From Hormiphora californensis (taxonomy: Eukaryota > Animalia > Ctenophora): DNA of 64,000 bases. Both the position numbers and the translations under genes were made by a program. Shown here piece by piece: positions 28,701 to 42,000 of this stretch. The stretch covers positions 3,906,001-3,970,000 of the forward strand of contig CM035357.1 of assembly GCA_020137815.1 (NCBI GenBank), given 5' to 3'. The notes under the pieces were generated by a model that saw only the letters and a list, made by a program, of their open reading frames with translations, had not been told where the DNA came from and did not search any database. The first letter of the stretch is position 1. Every line of letters begins with the position of its first letter.

Positions 28701-31700
28701 TAGCTATAATTGTTATCGACGTCACGAACAACACTAAAACGTTCAACGAGTACCGGGAGGTTTTGGAAGAGTGTGAAAGATCAGAAACTTTAGCCAGGCA
28801 ATTTCTGGGAACATCCTACCTATACTACTTTCTCGAAAATCAGACCTGTTGGAGAGTTTTTTACTGTGGATCCTGATAGTGATAATGCAAGGCGGCTGTT
28901 TATTACCTATCCGATCATAGATTTGAATAAACATCGTGTTAAGGAGCTGCTGATTCACGTGAAATGCTCTATGAACTGTCCAAAGAAGGACCCCTGTTAC
29001 CATAATATCCAAGATGAACTGATAGTGTACTTTTAATTATGTAATATTAGATTTATCATTATGTAAATCGTTTACATTTGTGCTCATTTAATATTACATG
29101 ATTCGAAAACTCACGTGTCACTCACATGTCACTCACGTGTCACTCACGTGTCACTCACGTGTCACTCACTCTCACTAGCTTTGGCTCATAGAACCTAATC
29201 AGATCACATTTCTATGAGCCATAGTTGTATGCATCTATGGCTCATAAAATCTATGAGCCATAGTTGCATGCATCTATGGCTCATAGATTTTATGAGCCAT
29301 AGTTGCATGAGCCATAGTTGTAGGTAATCCCCTCAATTAACGAGTCCTTTGCGTCACGGCCATGCTACCGTGAAGAAAACCGTAAAAATGAGTAAACACA
29401 CACACACGCATTGAGCAAGCTATTCTCCGCTGGGATGAGGTACTGGCTTGCTCAATGCGTGTGTGTGTGCACACATGTTTACTCATTACCTCCCGGTGCT
29501 ACAACCCCTCTACTAAAACCGTAAAAGCTTACACTGGTGTAAACGCTGTGTAAATACTGAACTTTTTTAGGAATTTATTGTCATATGTCTCTGGTGGGAG
29601 AGATGATGGTTGAAATGTGAGGGAAAGATATGACCACGAAGGGAGGCTCTGTCCTAGCATGTGCCACTCATCTTGGATGAATGATGATGGGATAGTAGTA
29701 TGTAGCCCTTATGCTAGTATGCTAGAAACAAAAGTCAGTTCAACAATCAGCAGCCGGCCCCTGCAATATAAATAGCTCTAAGAAGGGAAATATAGAGGGG
29801 TCTATGTATGTTATTGAAATATCCCTATAGCTAGGCCTATAATATAGATAACCCCGGCTAGTGGAGGGATGAAATTTGATATACCAGCCTGTCAGGCTGG
29901 TATTATATCAAATAGATATCCGCGAGGAGTGAAACGACGAGGGGAATATCGTGTGATAATCCCCTTAGGGGATTATCAAATTTCATCACTTTACTAGCCC
30001 CGGAAATTAAGATTCAAGATTCAGATTAAAAAGTACTTAGTATGCTCAAATTAAAAAGTAGGGTAGCGACTGGCTATTTGAAACAGTTTTTCACTTTTTT
30101 CCCTTGCCTGCCCACAAATCAAGTCGAACCCAAATTTTTTTGACCTTGTGTTACCGAGACAGTCCCTGGGTAGTTTTTTGGGTGGTTGGAGATGTCTCAT
30201 TTTGTCTTCCGGGGTCAGGGTCACGTGATATCTATCCAAATTTGGTGTTTCAATTTACCCGCCTCGGTCTGCTAATTTGAAACACCCATATCTCCCTCAA
30301 TTTCTCCACGAAACCAAAATTTTTGACATTGAATAGTTAGAAAAGGGTTGTGCAGAGCCATTCCATGTCTGAAATCTGAATTTTGTTGAACATGCTTGGT
30401 GCAATGACCTTTTCCAAAAACTGTTTCAAATTAGCAGGAAAACAGTTTTTGCCTCATATTCGGCCAACTTTTGGCGGAAATGACTCAAATCATAGTTTAT
30501 ATCCTGCCTCATGCTCATATTGAACAACAAAAATTTCGACAATCCAATCGGAGAAAATTGTTTCAAATAGCCCTCCTCAGTGTTTCAAGTTACCAGACTC
30601 TCTTCACTGTGCTACAGCACACACACGACACCAGTCAGAGAGCAAATAACGCGCATTTGTTTCAAATAACCAGAGCACGTGTTTCAAGTTATCAGACACT
30701 GTTTCAAGTTAGCAGGCGTTTCAAATTGCCAGTCGCTACCCTACTTAGTATGCTCGCGGTAATCCATCTAGACTCAAGCTATTCTTGAATAAAGTACCGT
30801 GAGTTGGTAGACGTACTAGAAATTTTGCCAAATTATTAGCCGAGAATGGATATGATAAATTCTTGACCGACAAGTGACATTTTTTTCAATTAGTGAATAT
30901 GATCATAAGTCGTAATTTCCCAGGCTATATACCTAACCGACAGACAGTTTTTTTTGACACATTTTATCTCTTGATTTTAAATTATCTAATAATTTTATAG
31001 CTTGATTTTAAATTACTAAGCTAAATTTGAGGTAAAATTCATTTAGTGGGGCGGCATAATTATGTTATAGCATGACCATAATATATTACTCAACATTGTC
31101 AGTTCTCGCCCCTACCCCATTACAACATCAGAATCTCTCACCCCATCCTATTTACTCATCTACCTGTCCCCTTCCTATTTATATCACCTGCACCATGCCC
31201 TGTTTTGATCAGGATCTCCCAGCTCCTATTTTAAATACTCACCCTACCTACCAAGTGTTCCCCCTAGGTTGTGGCTGTTCCACTATTGGTTCCCTGTCCA
31301 ACAGCTGTGAGAGCGTGGGGGGACAGTGTCCCTGCAGGGATGGGTATACAGGGAGGAGGTGCGAGCTGTGCATTCCAGGGTACTTCGGTGGAAAGAATGG
31401 ATTTTGTGAAGGTATTTTTCGATTTTCTTCCCTGTTCAATTCTTTCTCAGATCTCATTGAGAATGATGGCATAAACTACCATACATAAATGTGTGTGACA
31501 TGTTTTAGCTCTAAAAATACCCACAGAATATCTGACTGTAACTATGGTAACCCTTCCCTACTCCCCTCAGCGTGTCAATGTAACGGGTACGGTAGCTACT
31601 CCCAAGTGTGTGACACACTCACTGGGCAGTGCCCCTGTAAACCCGGCCTAGTTACCTCTACTGAACAGCCCGGACTTCTTGATTGCTCACAGTGCATTGA

Positions 31701-34700
31701 TGGTAAGAGCTTGAATTGTTCATATTAATACTTTCTTTTTGTTTTAAAAAGAAGAACGGACACAGTGTGAAGTAAAGCGACTGTAAGAGCTGTTATACTG
31801 GTTACACCTTTTTAGTTTACCCACCCTTAGAAAAAGGGTTGCCAGGTACACCCCCCCCTTTTCTGGCGGTAAGAGTACCCGGTACCCCGAGCGCCATAAA
31901 CATAGGGTATCTTGTTGTTTCTCATATTTGAGGCCCCCTTGGCATGGCGTACAACCCCATTATATGGTGAGATTGCGATGCACTAAAAAATTCCCTCGGT
32001 GTACCTTTATAAGTAATAAAAGTAAGCTTCTTGCCAGGTTTTGTGGGTCTTGAGAACCCCCAGATAGACGGGTGTGTGGCGTGTACTTGTGGAGATGGGG
32101 CAGCATCACCTCATTGCGACCAGAGGTTAGTTATACAGTTGTCGGATAACTTCCTCCGATATTGGGAGATAACAATATTTCATCTCGATATATATCAGGC
32201 ACCCTGATTTACCGGGCTAACATCCCGGTAAATCGGGGTTCGACTGTGATTGCTATGAAGGGACTCTGACACGATTCAGCCAAAAAGTATTGCGGATATG
32301 CTTCATAAAATTGATTTTAGTATGGTGTCCCTCAACTAAGTTACTAAATAGTATCAATAATTTAACTCTTGAACCTCCAACGTTACTTCCCTCTGACGTT
32401 TAAATTATGTGCTGTCAGTCTAGAATTCATATCATCAAATTAGACGGTGCTGGGTATAACCATGAAAATGTCATCTTTATGCCTTTTTTGGCAGGAAACC
32501 TAATTACGATCGAAACCCGTCTGAACTGACGGCAATAAATTGATTATGAACCCATACTACTGAAGCGACCGGGGTATGATGGTGTAATGCATAATGGGGG
32601 GGGGGGAATTGGTTAGTTGGTATCCTGATATCTTTGTTTGAATTACTAGTAGGAGGAAGGGATGGGGGTAAGATGATGCGGTGGTGGTGGTGGTGGTGGT
32701 ACAGATAGGTTATAGCGTGCCAAACTCTGCCCCGTAGGGCAGAACGACATTGCAACCTCGTCATAGCGTCTGTCATCGTGTTGTGGTCAGTTAATATCAT
32801 GGCATTCTTGTGGTGTCAGTGGTATAATGGAGTGTCTTGTGTGGTATGAATGCATTATGATATTATGATATTGTAATACCTGGAGTGCACTATGATATTG
32901 TGCATTATATTGTACATTATGATATTGTGATATTACCTGTAGTAAAGGTTTGAACTTCACAGGAGCAATAAACATTATTTAATGTACACGGATTATCATA
33001 CCACGCCGCTGTATATCTCATAACAGCACATTGTTCCTCTACTCTATTTGGTTCGCTCCCGGTCCATCTATTCCAATCACTATCCAGTAGAGGAGTACCA
33101 TCGGGCCAAATATACTTGTTGTCGGCGTTCGGGGCGTAAATCCCTGCGAAAAATAATAAACATTCAATTAAAGTCGAATTTTTTAATCAAGGGACAGGGG
33201 GCTGCGCATTCAGAGAGGTCGCGCGGCGTTGTATTTGCGCGTGACAATCGAGATCAAGTTCCTGGCAATCTTAAGACTTGAACCCGGAAGCGTTGGAAAG
33301 ATAATTTTAAGAACTTTTCAACGCAACCAAGATCAAGTCTTTATCTTATCAGAAAGAGAAGATATGAGCGAAAACATTTAGCACGCGCAAAAAGACTTTG
33401 TAAATGCGCGGCCCCCTGTCATGTCCCTTGATTAAAAAATTCGACTATAAATAAAGTTATTATGTATATTATATATTAGTTTTTTGTGAATTAAAATATT
33501 AAATAATAAGGTGTCCCAATTTGGCCATCCCTTGACGGGAGTTGGGTTCTACGGATCTGTCTTTTTCGCTGATGTAAGTTGTCTGATATTGTTGTCGACG
33601 AGGGTTAGGGCTTTACTTGAAGGCCCAAGGGTTCCCTAGTAAATAAAATATTGATAAAGGTTGAAAGTAGTCAATACCTAGCCAACTTATAAATTTTCCG
33701 TGATATTTGATCTGCCATTGGAACCTATAGTTTTGCTCTTCATTGAGAATAGTTGGTAGGTCACCATTCAACCCAGAACAGTAGGATTTGCATTCAGAGT
33801 AGATCCTTGTTTTGTCTGGAAACAAAACCAGTGGGTTGGCTGCTCCTGAAATGTGTGAAATGTTTTATTTTCCCAATATTCCATGTCCAAAAGAAAAACG
33901 TTTTTATGTTGACTCAAAGTTTCACACTCGGGGTGGTCTTCAGAATATTCGAATATTCCATGTAGGTAAAACTTTAGGTTTTACTTTTTGCAGCTTACTT
34001 TTAGTTGTGACTGATGATTCCCCACAATCCGGAGTCTCGTGTCCTTGGTTACACTTGACGACCTGTGCTTTCCACCCTTGATCTCCACAGTACAAGTAGA
34101 GAGTGTCTCCTATGGTGACCTTGCCAAAGTCAGTAGTTGGTACGTAGGAAAGTGGTATGCTAGAGGTTGTCAAGGTGCAACCTGAAAAAGAAAATTGTGT
34201 TTAATTTAATGATATTATTGATCATAATGAAAGAGAGAGAGAGAGTGAGAAAGATACAGACAGGCAGGCAGACAGGCTGGGGAGGGGAATGGTCACCTTT
34301 AAAAAAGGTAAAGGCCTTTACGCTTTGCTTTACTTTCCAGTTCATTGATAAAATGTAGACTCTTACCTGTCATGTAGAAGTCCGATGCTGTATCAGTACT
34401 ATATGAAATGAAATCTCCTGCATAACATCACCGCCCCACAGTGAAACACAGTCGCTACGTGAACTATTTGCGAACTGGTAATTAAGCACCTCGACATGGT
34501 TGCATGTGATGATGAAGCCGGTATTTGTTTTGGCAATTGCCCAGATATTTTCCACCTCTAACGGTGGTTGTACTGGCAGGTCTGGCGACCCAATGACACA
34601 GTAGCCTACATGATACTTAATTGTAGAGAAGAACTTCACACGTACATCACTGGCGAAGCCGTTCTTGAAGTACATGAACACCCTAATGATATTCTTACTG

Positions 34701-35830
34701 CCCAGTGTTGCGTTCGTCTTTATCTGGAGAGGTATTGCCTCCAGGTCCCAGGGTATCTTCACATCACGCTCTACAGTTGTCCAGTCTAAAATGCAGTGGA
34801 ATTGACGGATGCTAGGTCTAACGCGGCGGGCCTAAGTCTAATCGAACTCTAAATATAATACTTTTTGCTCAAAATACAGGGAGGACTCTATGTCTACCAA
34901 GTTTAAAACAGGGGGACTCTATGTCTACCAAGTTTAAAACAGGGGGACTCTATGTCTACCAAGTTTAAAACAGGGGGACTCTATGTCTACTAAGTCTAAA
35001 ACAAGGGGACGCTAAATAACGGTATGGTTAATTTACCAAACCGTTATGGTGTTACCTTGGTTGTCATCTGACTCTCCTTGCACTCCCACTGCTAACTGAT
35101 TATTATCATCTGTAAAAATAATTACATCAATTTCAGTATTTACTAAATGATTTAACAGCTGATGAAATAAAAAAGCCCCCATTATCCACACATACCTATC
35201 ACGCTGATAACCAAAACCAGCCATATGAACAGTTTCATCCTTCTCAGAACCATGATCATAACCATGATAAGTACTAACCAGGTACCCAGGGCAGGCAGGA
35301 AACGACCGACACAAGTAAACAACCAACCAGTACTCGTTATCTAGGTCACGTGACTGGTTATCAGCCAATCAGGCACCAGTATTTCCTGATTCGGTCGGTA
35401 CTTAGGGCGGGTAATCCCCGCTCTTCTTCTTTTTGTTGTTCCTCTTCACTAAATTGCTAATGCGGTGTTTGCTGGTTAATGAATTGAACTATTATAGTTT
35501 AACCAGTATGACTTAAAAAAGCGGGAGACATGCATAAGGATCAAACGTAAATATGGTGTAAATCTAAAAATACTGAGGTTGATTTATTTTTAGAATTTTA
35601 GAGCAAAAACAGGGTTTTGAAGGAGCGCGGCTGTGCTGGAACAGAGGGGAGAGCGTTACGAAGAAATACAGCAATGACTATAACTGTGATAAAAAATAGA
35701 GAAGAGTGGATTTTTTCTCTCTCTAGATAGCGAGAAGAACGAGAGAGAGAGAGCGAAGAGAAGAGAGCTCAGAGAGAGAGAGAGAGAGAGCGAGATAGAT
35801 ACGGATAGCGATAGATCTCTATAGATCTCA

Positions 35831-35899
<69 letters not shown>

Positions 35900-36005
35900 T
35901 TACTAACAGTCCAGCTCTCCTGATTCTACAAGTTGTAGATCATCGACGATCGGGATAGCTGGACTGTTTTTAGTAAAGGAGAACATGCTGTTATACAGTA
36001 CAAAA

Positions 36006-36056
<51 letters not shown>

Positions 36057-39000
36057 TTACTAACAGTCCAGCTCTCAAGTTGTAGATCATCGACGATCCG
36101 GAGAGTTTGACTGTTTTTAGTAAAGGAGAGTGCTGTTCTAGTACAAAATCTATCTATCTCCCTCTTTCCCTCTCGCTCTCACTTGCTCTCCCTCGCTCCC
36201 ACCCTTCCTCTCTGGTTTGGTTTAGTAAAGGAGAGTGCTCTCCCTCCCTCCCTCCCTTCCTCTCTGATTTGGTTTAGTAAAAGAGAGTGCTCTCCCTCGC
36301 TCCCTCCCTTCCTCTCTGGTGTGGTTTGGTAAAATAGAGTGCTCTCCCTCGCTCCCTCCCTTCCTCTCTGGTGTGGTTTGGTAAAATAGAGTGCTCTCCC
36401 TCGCTCCCTCCCTTCCTCTCTGGTGTGGTTTGGTAAAAGAGATTGCTCTCCCTCGCTCCCTCCCTTCCTCTCTGGTTTGGTTCGGTAGTACAATAGTATG
36501 TTGGTATGGTATGTACCTACATATTGTACAATTTAGTCGGATCCCAATTTACCAGAACCCCAATTTACCGGGAGGATAAACTACCCCAATATTTACCTGG
36601 CTAGACTGTGTTTCGGGCGCCCCGCCCCCGATTCACAAATGTAAAGGGAGGGTTAGAACATAGAAACCCAATATAATAAGAAGCTGTGACGAGAAGCTGT
36701 GTCCCCTTCTCTCTTTCTCCCCCTTTTTATTGGGAGATGGGAGCCAACGGGTGCACTACTTCAACGGGCTATCTAAGTCGGATAGTTTCTTGTAGAACAA
36801 CCCATGCACTCGTAGAGGAATAACATTTTATACCCGGGCCCCATATATACCATGTTTGAGCGGTGAGCCATTGGTGGCCCCAGCCTGGGATGGTGGTGGC
36901 CAGTGGCTGTAAAACGTGTTTAGAATCGAGATTTTGGTCGTTTTCGCTGAGGCTAAGTGCAGTAGTACAATATTGGTAATTGGACTAATCATTTTCTATT
37001 GGGGGGGGGGGGCGTCACCTTTTTTTTTTGCCCATTGCCCATAATCCCAGCGAATTTTGGTTTTGCCCATATGGGCAAAATGGGCAAAAATGGGCAAAAG
37101 TGGGCAAAAATGGGCAAAATGAAATTATCAGTGTTATATGTCCTTTTTTAAACTCTATACCTTGATGTCATCTCTTAAAAACTCGGTCAGAATGGTCTTT
37201 GGTGTTAGTCGCCACTGCGACAGAGCGCCGCGCACACGAGTAGTGTGTGCACGCCGCGCGATTTATTTCTCAGTTTGGATTTGTGAAATATGTTTTCCAA
37301 TAATGTTTTGTGATAATCACTTCTTCCCGACACCAACAAGATTTGTTTCTCTTCTCTGTTTCCGGACCTTTAACAGTGGTAGCAGGAAGTGGTTCCGATC
37401 CACCGACCTCTGGGTTATGGGCCCAGCACGCTTCCACTGCGCTTCAAACTTTCATCAACTACAACGTAAAACTATTTATTGAGCGTGGGAAAATAATGTT
37501 AGCAGAAAGATAGAACTATGAATAATGATAGCAGACAGGAGATGATGGGTGGATCGGAGCATAAGGATGAGGTGGAGGAGGATAGTTTCGCCTTGAAACA
37601 AATGCAGAAATATGGTTGGAGTGAAGGAAAGGGACTTGGTGCGAAAGAGGGAGGCATAACAGCACCTGTTAAACCGTGTTTAAAGTGTGATAAACACGGT
37701 CTGGGTCACGATATCACCAAAGATATTGGGTTTAACTGGTGGGACAATGTATTCAACAAGGCCCTGAATACTGTGGGGAAGAATGAAGAAGAGCAAAAGA
37801 AAATCAAAGAAAAGGAGAAAAGGGAACAAAGGCTTATAAAAATTTTGTTCAGAAGGGTGAGATAGAGTCGGAAGAAGAGTGTGCTGGAACTAACGGAACA
37901 GACACGTTATCGGTTGCCATGGTGACAGAATGTGAAGGTAGAACAGCACACAAGGGTGCTCGACACGGTGTATACAGTTCAGGGAAACTGGAACGAGTCA
38001 AAAAGGCCGAGGCGGAGTTTCTTGAGAGACGTTCACGTGACAGGGAATCACGGGAAAGTGTGAAAGAGATTACCCGACGGAAACAGAAAGTTAGGACTAA
38101 AAAACATCGGTCTAGAGTTCCATCAGAGTCTAAATAGATAACGAGCGGTGATTATCAGGGAGAAAGAGAGAGAGAAAGAACGATCAACGTATATGTAGAG
38201 AGGAGAAAGAGCTCTCTGATGTGAAAAGGGAGAATTTAAACTCCTGGGGCTCTTCGACGAAACTTTAAACACACTTAATAAATAAGCTCTCTTTAGAGTT
38301 ACACAAGGAAAATTTTTCAGACTTGTCTCGAGAGGGGTGTCGTCGAACGCTTTCCAAAACCACACTTTAGGACCTTGGTGTGAACCACGTGTATACCACG
38401 TGAATCCCCGGATCACCCCTCGTGTATGGGTGTAGAAAACCAATCAGGGGATCGAAAATGGACACGTGATAGGATTTCCATTACATGGGTTTACACAGGC
38501 GTCAATTTGGTCACGTGTAGGGTTCACCAGCCAATAGTGTTAGCGAGATATCACACCAGATTGGGCGTGAAGAAGAAGTTTGACTTCCATTTCTCAAGAT
38601 TCAAGAAATTTCAAATCTTCAAAACTCTGTGTACTCTTACAGTAGCTGGCAATGAATGTTATAGCGGACAAATAGAGATCTAACATTGATTGTTCATTAT
38701 GAAAAATCAATAAACCTATACACTAATAACTTGCAATATTATTTAGGCCGGGTGAGATGAATATATATGCTGCTAGATGAAGAGATAAACAGTGAAAGTA
38801 TAGTAGTAGTTCACTGTTCATCTTGTCCTGCCAGAAGAAAAACAACTGAATTCATCCACATCTTATCTGACTGTGAGAGTCTAATACAGATGGTGTATGC
38901 AGTATGGGCTTGGCTGAAACCCCAAACTAGTGCCTCAATATTGTGGTTGAGTAGAGATAGCTAACTGGGGGACAAGGAGTGCCATTTTATCTTTTTTCTA

Positions 39001-42000
39001 CATGCGAGAAGCAAAATATACACTGTTTTGTTGCATCTTTTACTTGCCAGCGCTGTCTTGTCTACCATTAAGTCTCCTCTGGAGGAGACTTAACAAATCT
39101 CACTTTTCTCGATATTTGAGTGAGATATTGCGTGAACTATGACGTCATTGTCGCTTCAATTTGGCCCAAATCACGTGATTTTACCATGTGATTAGGGGGT
39201 TACGCATGGTTTGGAGAGCTTGTGTAAAACTTCACTTACTACCCCTCAATTTTCACTAAGCAAGATTTCTAAAAAGTTTCGTCGACACAAACCATGCTTA
39301 AGGGGTGTGAAAATCAATTAGAAGGTGTGAAAGGAGAGTTACGCAACGTTTTTAAGTGTGCTTAAAGTTTCGTCGAAGAGCCCCTGGGGCTCTTCGACGA
39401 AACTTTAAGCACACTTAAAAACGTTGCGTAACTCTCCTTTCACACCTTCTGATTGATTTTCACACCCCTTAAGGGTACGCTAACCAAAATTTTTTTTCGA
39501 GTGCAGGGAAATCTCTCACCGTAGGGTTGTAGGCCATGCCAAGGAGACCTCAAATATGCAATTTGAGCTCTCAAGTCGAATTCATATTTTTGCTACAGCT
39601 GCTTGAAAAATGAACTGAAAATAAGTTTTTGGCATCTCAAAAAATTTTTTCAAAGATAGGAGCATGAAAATTTGGGGATTTGAAGAGGACAATGAAGGTG
39701 AATAACCACAAAATTTTTTTTGCAATCCGAGCTGATTTCCGGTCCTGAGATGGATTTCTTTTTTTCCACTTTAACGCCATATTTGGCAAAGTTCCGAAAA
39801 CATGTGAAAGCTGTAAATTGGTGAAAAGTTGCGTCTAACGATTATCTATAGTGGCCATAAATTTTGGGCGTGTCCTTATTTGAGATAAGCTGTACAGAAT
39901 TTTTTTTGTGAAAGCCGTCATTTCAGAAATAAATAAATTCCCTGTATCTCAAAAACGGCTGATCGTAGAGACCTGAGACTATGCTTAAACGATTCAGAAG
40001 GTCCGATTTTGGGGGGGTCTTCTGAGAGACATTTTGCTCCTACTTCAACCGTTTTTGCTGTAATTGCGAAAAACAAATTCTATGAAAAGGGCAAAAGCTA
40101 AACTCCAATATCCTGTAATTAGGGAATTTTAGCTAAGAAAGGACCGAAACTATGGAAAAATGTTTAACAAGCTAATTCCTTCACTATTTGGTCCATATGG
40201 GTCCCTATAATCATCAAAAACAAAATCACAAAAAATCCACGATGGCGAAGATGGGTTATTGTTTTTCGCAATTACAGCAAAAACGGTTGAAGTAGGAGCA
40301 AAATGTCTCTCAGAAGACCCCCCCAAAATCGGACCTTCTGAATCGTTTAAGCATAGTCTCAGGTCTCTACGATCAGCCGTTTTTGAGATACAGGGAATTT
40401 ATTTATTTCTGAAATGACGGCTTTCACAAAAAAAATTATGTACAGCTTATCTCAAATAAGGACACACCCAAAATTTATGGCCACTTAGATAATCGTTAGA
40501 CGCAACTTTTCACCAATTTACAGCTTTCACATGTTTTCGGAACTTTGCCAAATAGGGCGTTAAAGTGGAAAAAAAGAAATCCATCTCAGGACCGGAAATC
40601 AGCTCGGATTGCAAAAAAAATTTTTGTGGTTATTCACCTTCATGTCCTCTTCAAATCCCCAAATTTTCATGCTCCTATCTTTGAAAAAAAATTTTTGAGA
40701 TGCCAAAAACGTATTTTCAGGACATTTTTTAAACAGCTGTAGCAAAAATATGAATTCGACTTAAGGGCTAAAATTGCATATTTGAGGTCTCCTTGGTATA
40801 TGGCCTACAACCCTACGGTGAGAGATTTCCCTGCACTCGAAAAAAATTTTTGGTTAGCGTACCCTTAAGCATGGTTTGTGTCGACGAAACTTTTTAGAAA
40901 TCTTGCTTAGTGAAAATTGAGGGGTAGTAAGTGAAGTTTTACACAAGCTCTCCAAACCTTGCGTAACCCCCTAATTACGTGGTAAAATCACGTGATTTGG
41001 GCCAAATTGAAGCGACAATGACGTCATAGTTCACGCAATATCTCACCCAAGTATCGAGAAAAGTGAGGTTTGTTAAGTCTCCTCCAGAGCAGACTTAATG
41101 GTAGTTAAGACAGCGCTGGCAAGTAAAAGATGCTACAAAACAGTGTATATTTTGCTTTTCGCATGTAGAAAGAAGATAAAATGGCACTCCTTGTCCCCCA
41201 GTTAGCTATCTCTACTCAGCCACAATATTGAGACACTAGTTTGGGGTTTCAGCCAAGCCCATACACCATCAGTATTACTCTCACAGATGTGGATGAATTC
41301 AGTTGTTTTCCTTCTGGCATGACAAGATGAATAGTGAACTACTACTATACTTTCACTGTTTATCTCTTCATCTAGCAGCCTATCTATTCATCTCACCCGG
41401 CCTAAATAATATTGCAAGTTATTAGTGTATAGGTTTATTGATTTTTCATAATGAACAATCAATGTTAGATCTCTATTTGTCCGCTATAACATTCATTGCC
41501 AGCTACTGTAAGAGTACACAGAGTTTTGAAGATTTGAAATTTCTTGAATCTTGAGAAATGGAAGTCAAACTTCTTCTTCACCCCCAATCTGGTGTGATAT
41601 CTCGCTAACACTATTGGCTGGTGAACCCTACACGTGACCAAATTGACGCCTGTGTAAACCCATGTAATGGAAATCCTATCACGTGTCCAGTTTCGATCCC
41701 CTGATTGGTTTTCTACACACATACACGAGGGGTGATCCGGGGCTTCACGTGGTATACACGTGGTTCACACCAAGGACCTAAAGTGAGGTTTTGGAAAGCG
41801 TTCGACGACACCCCTCTCGAGACAAGTCTGAAAAATTTTCCTTGTGTAACTCTAAAGAGAGCTTATTTATTAAGTGTGCTTAAAGTTTCGTCGAAGAGCC
41901 CCAGTTCTGATAAAGGTGTCAAAGAGAGTTATGATAAATGTTTTCGAGAGGAGAAAGAGTTCTCTTGTGATGTGAAAAGGGAGAGTTTAAACTTTAAACT

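Larger units (their letters stand above)
26223..29330. mobile_element. Long-inverted-arm element with 8-bp TSD (Merlin/MULE-like), with nested MITEs
   Basis: GGTGACCTACAACTATGGCTCAT... / ...ATGAGCCATAGTTGTAGGTAATCC, with CCTCAATT at 26215-26222 and 29331-29338. Inner inverted repeat at 27608-28712. Confidence 0.75.

Noticed and set aside
37377-37442. Functional tRNA-Met gene
   Set aside because: The 5' acceptor strand is missing, CCA is encoded, and it sits at the PBS position of an LTR element.
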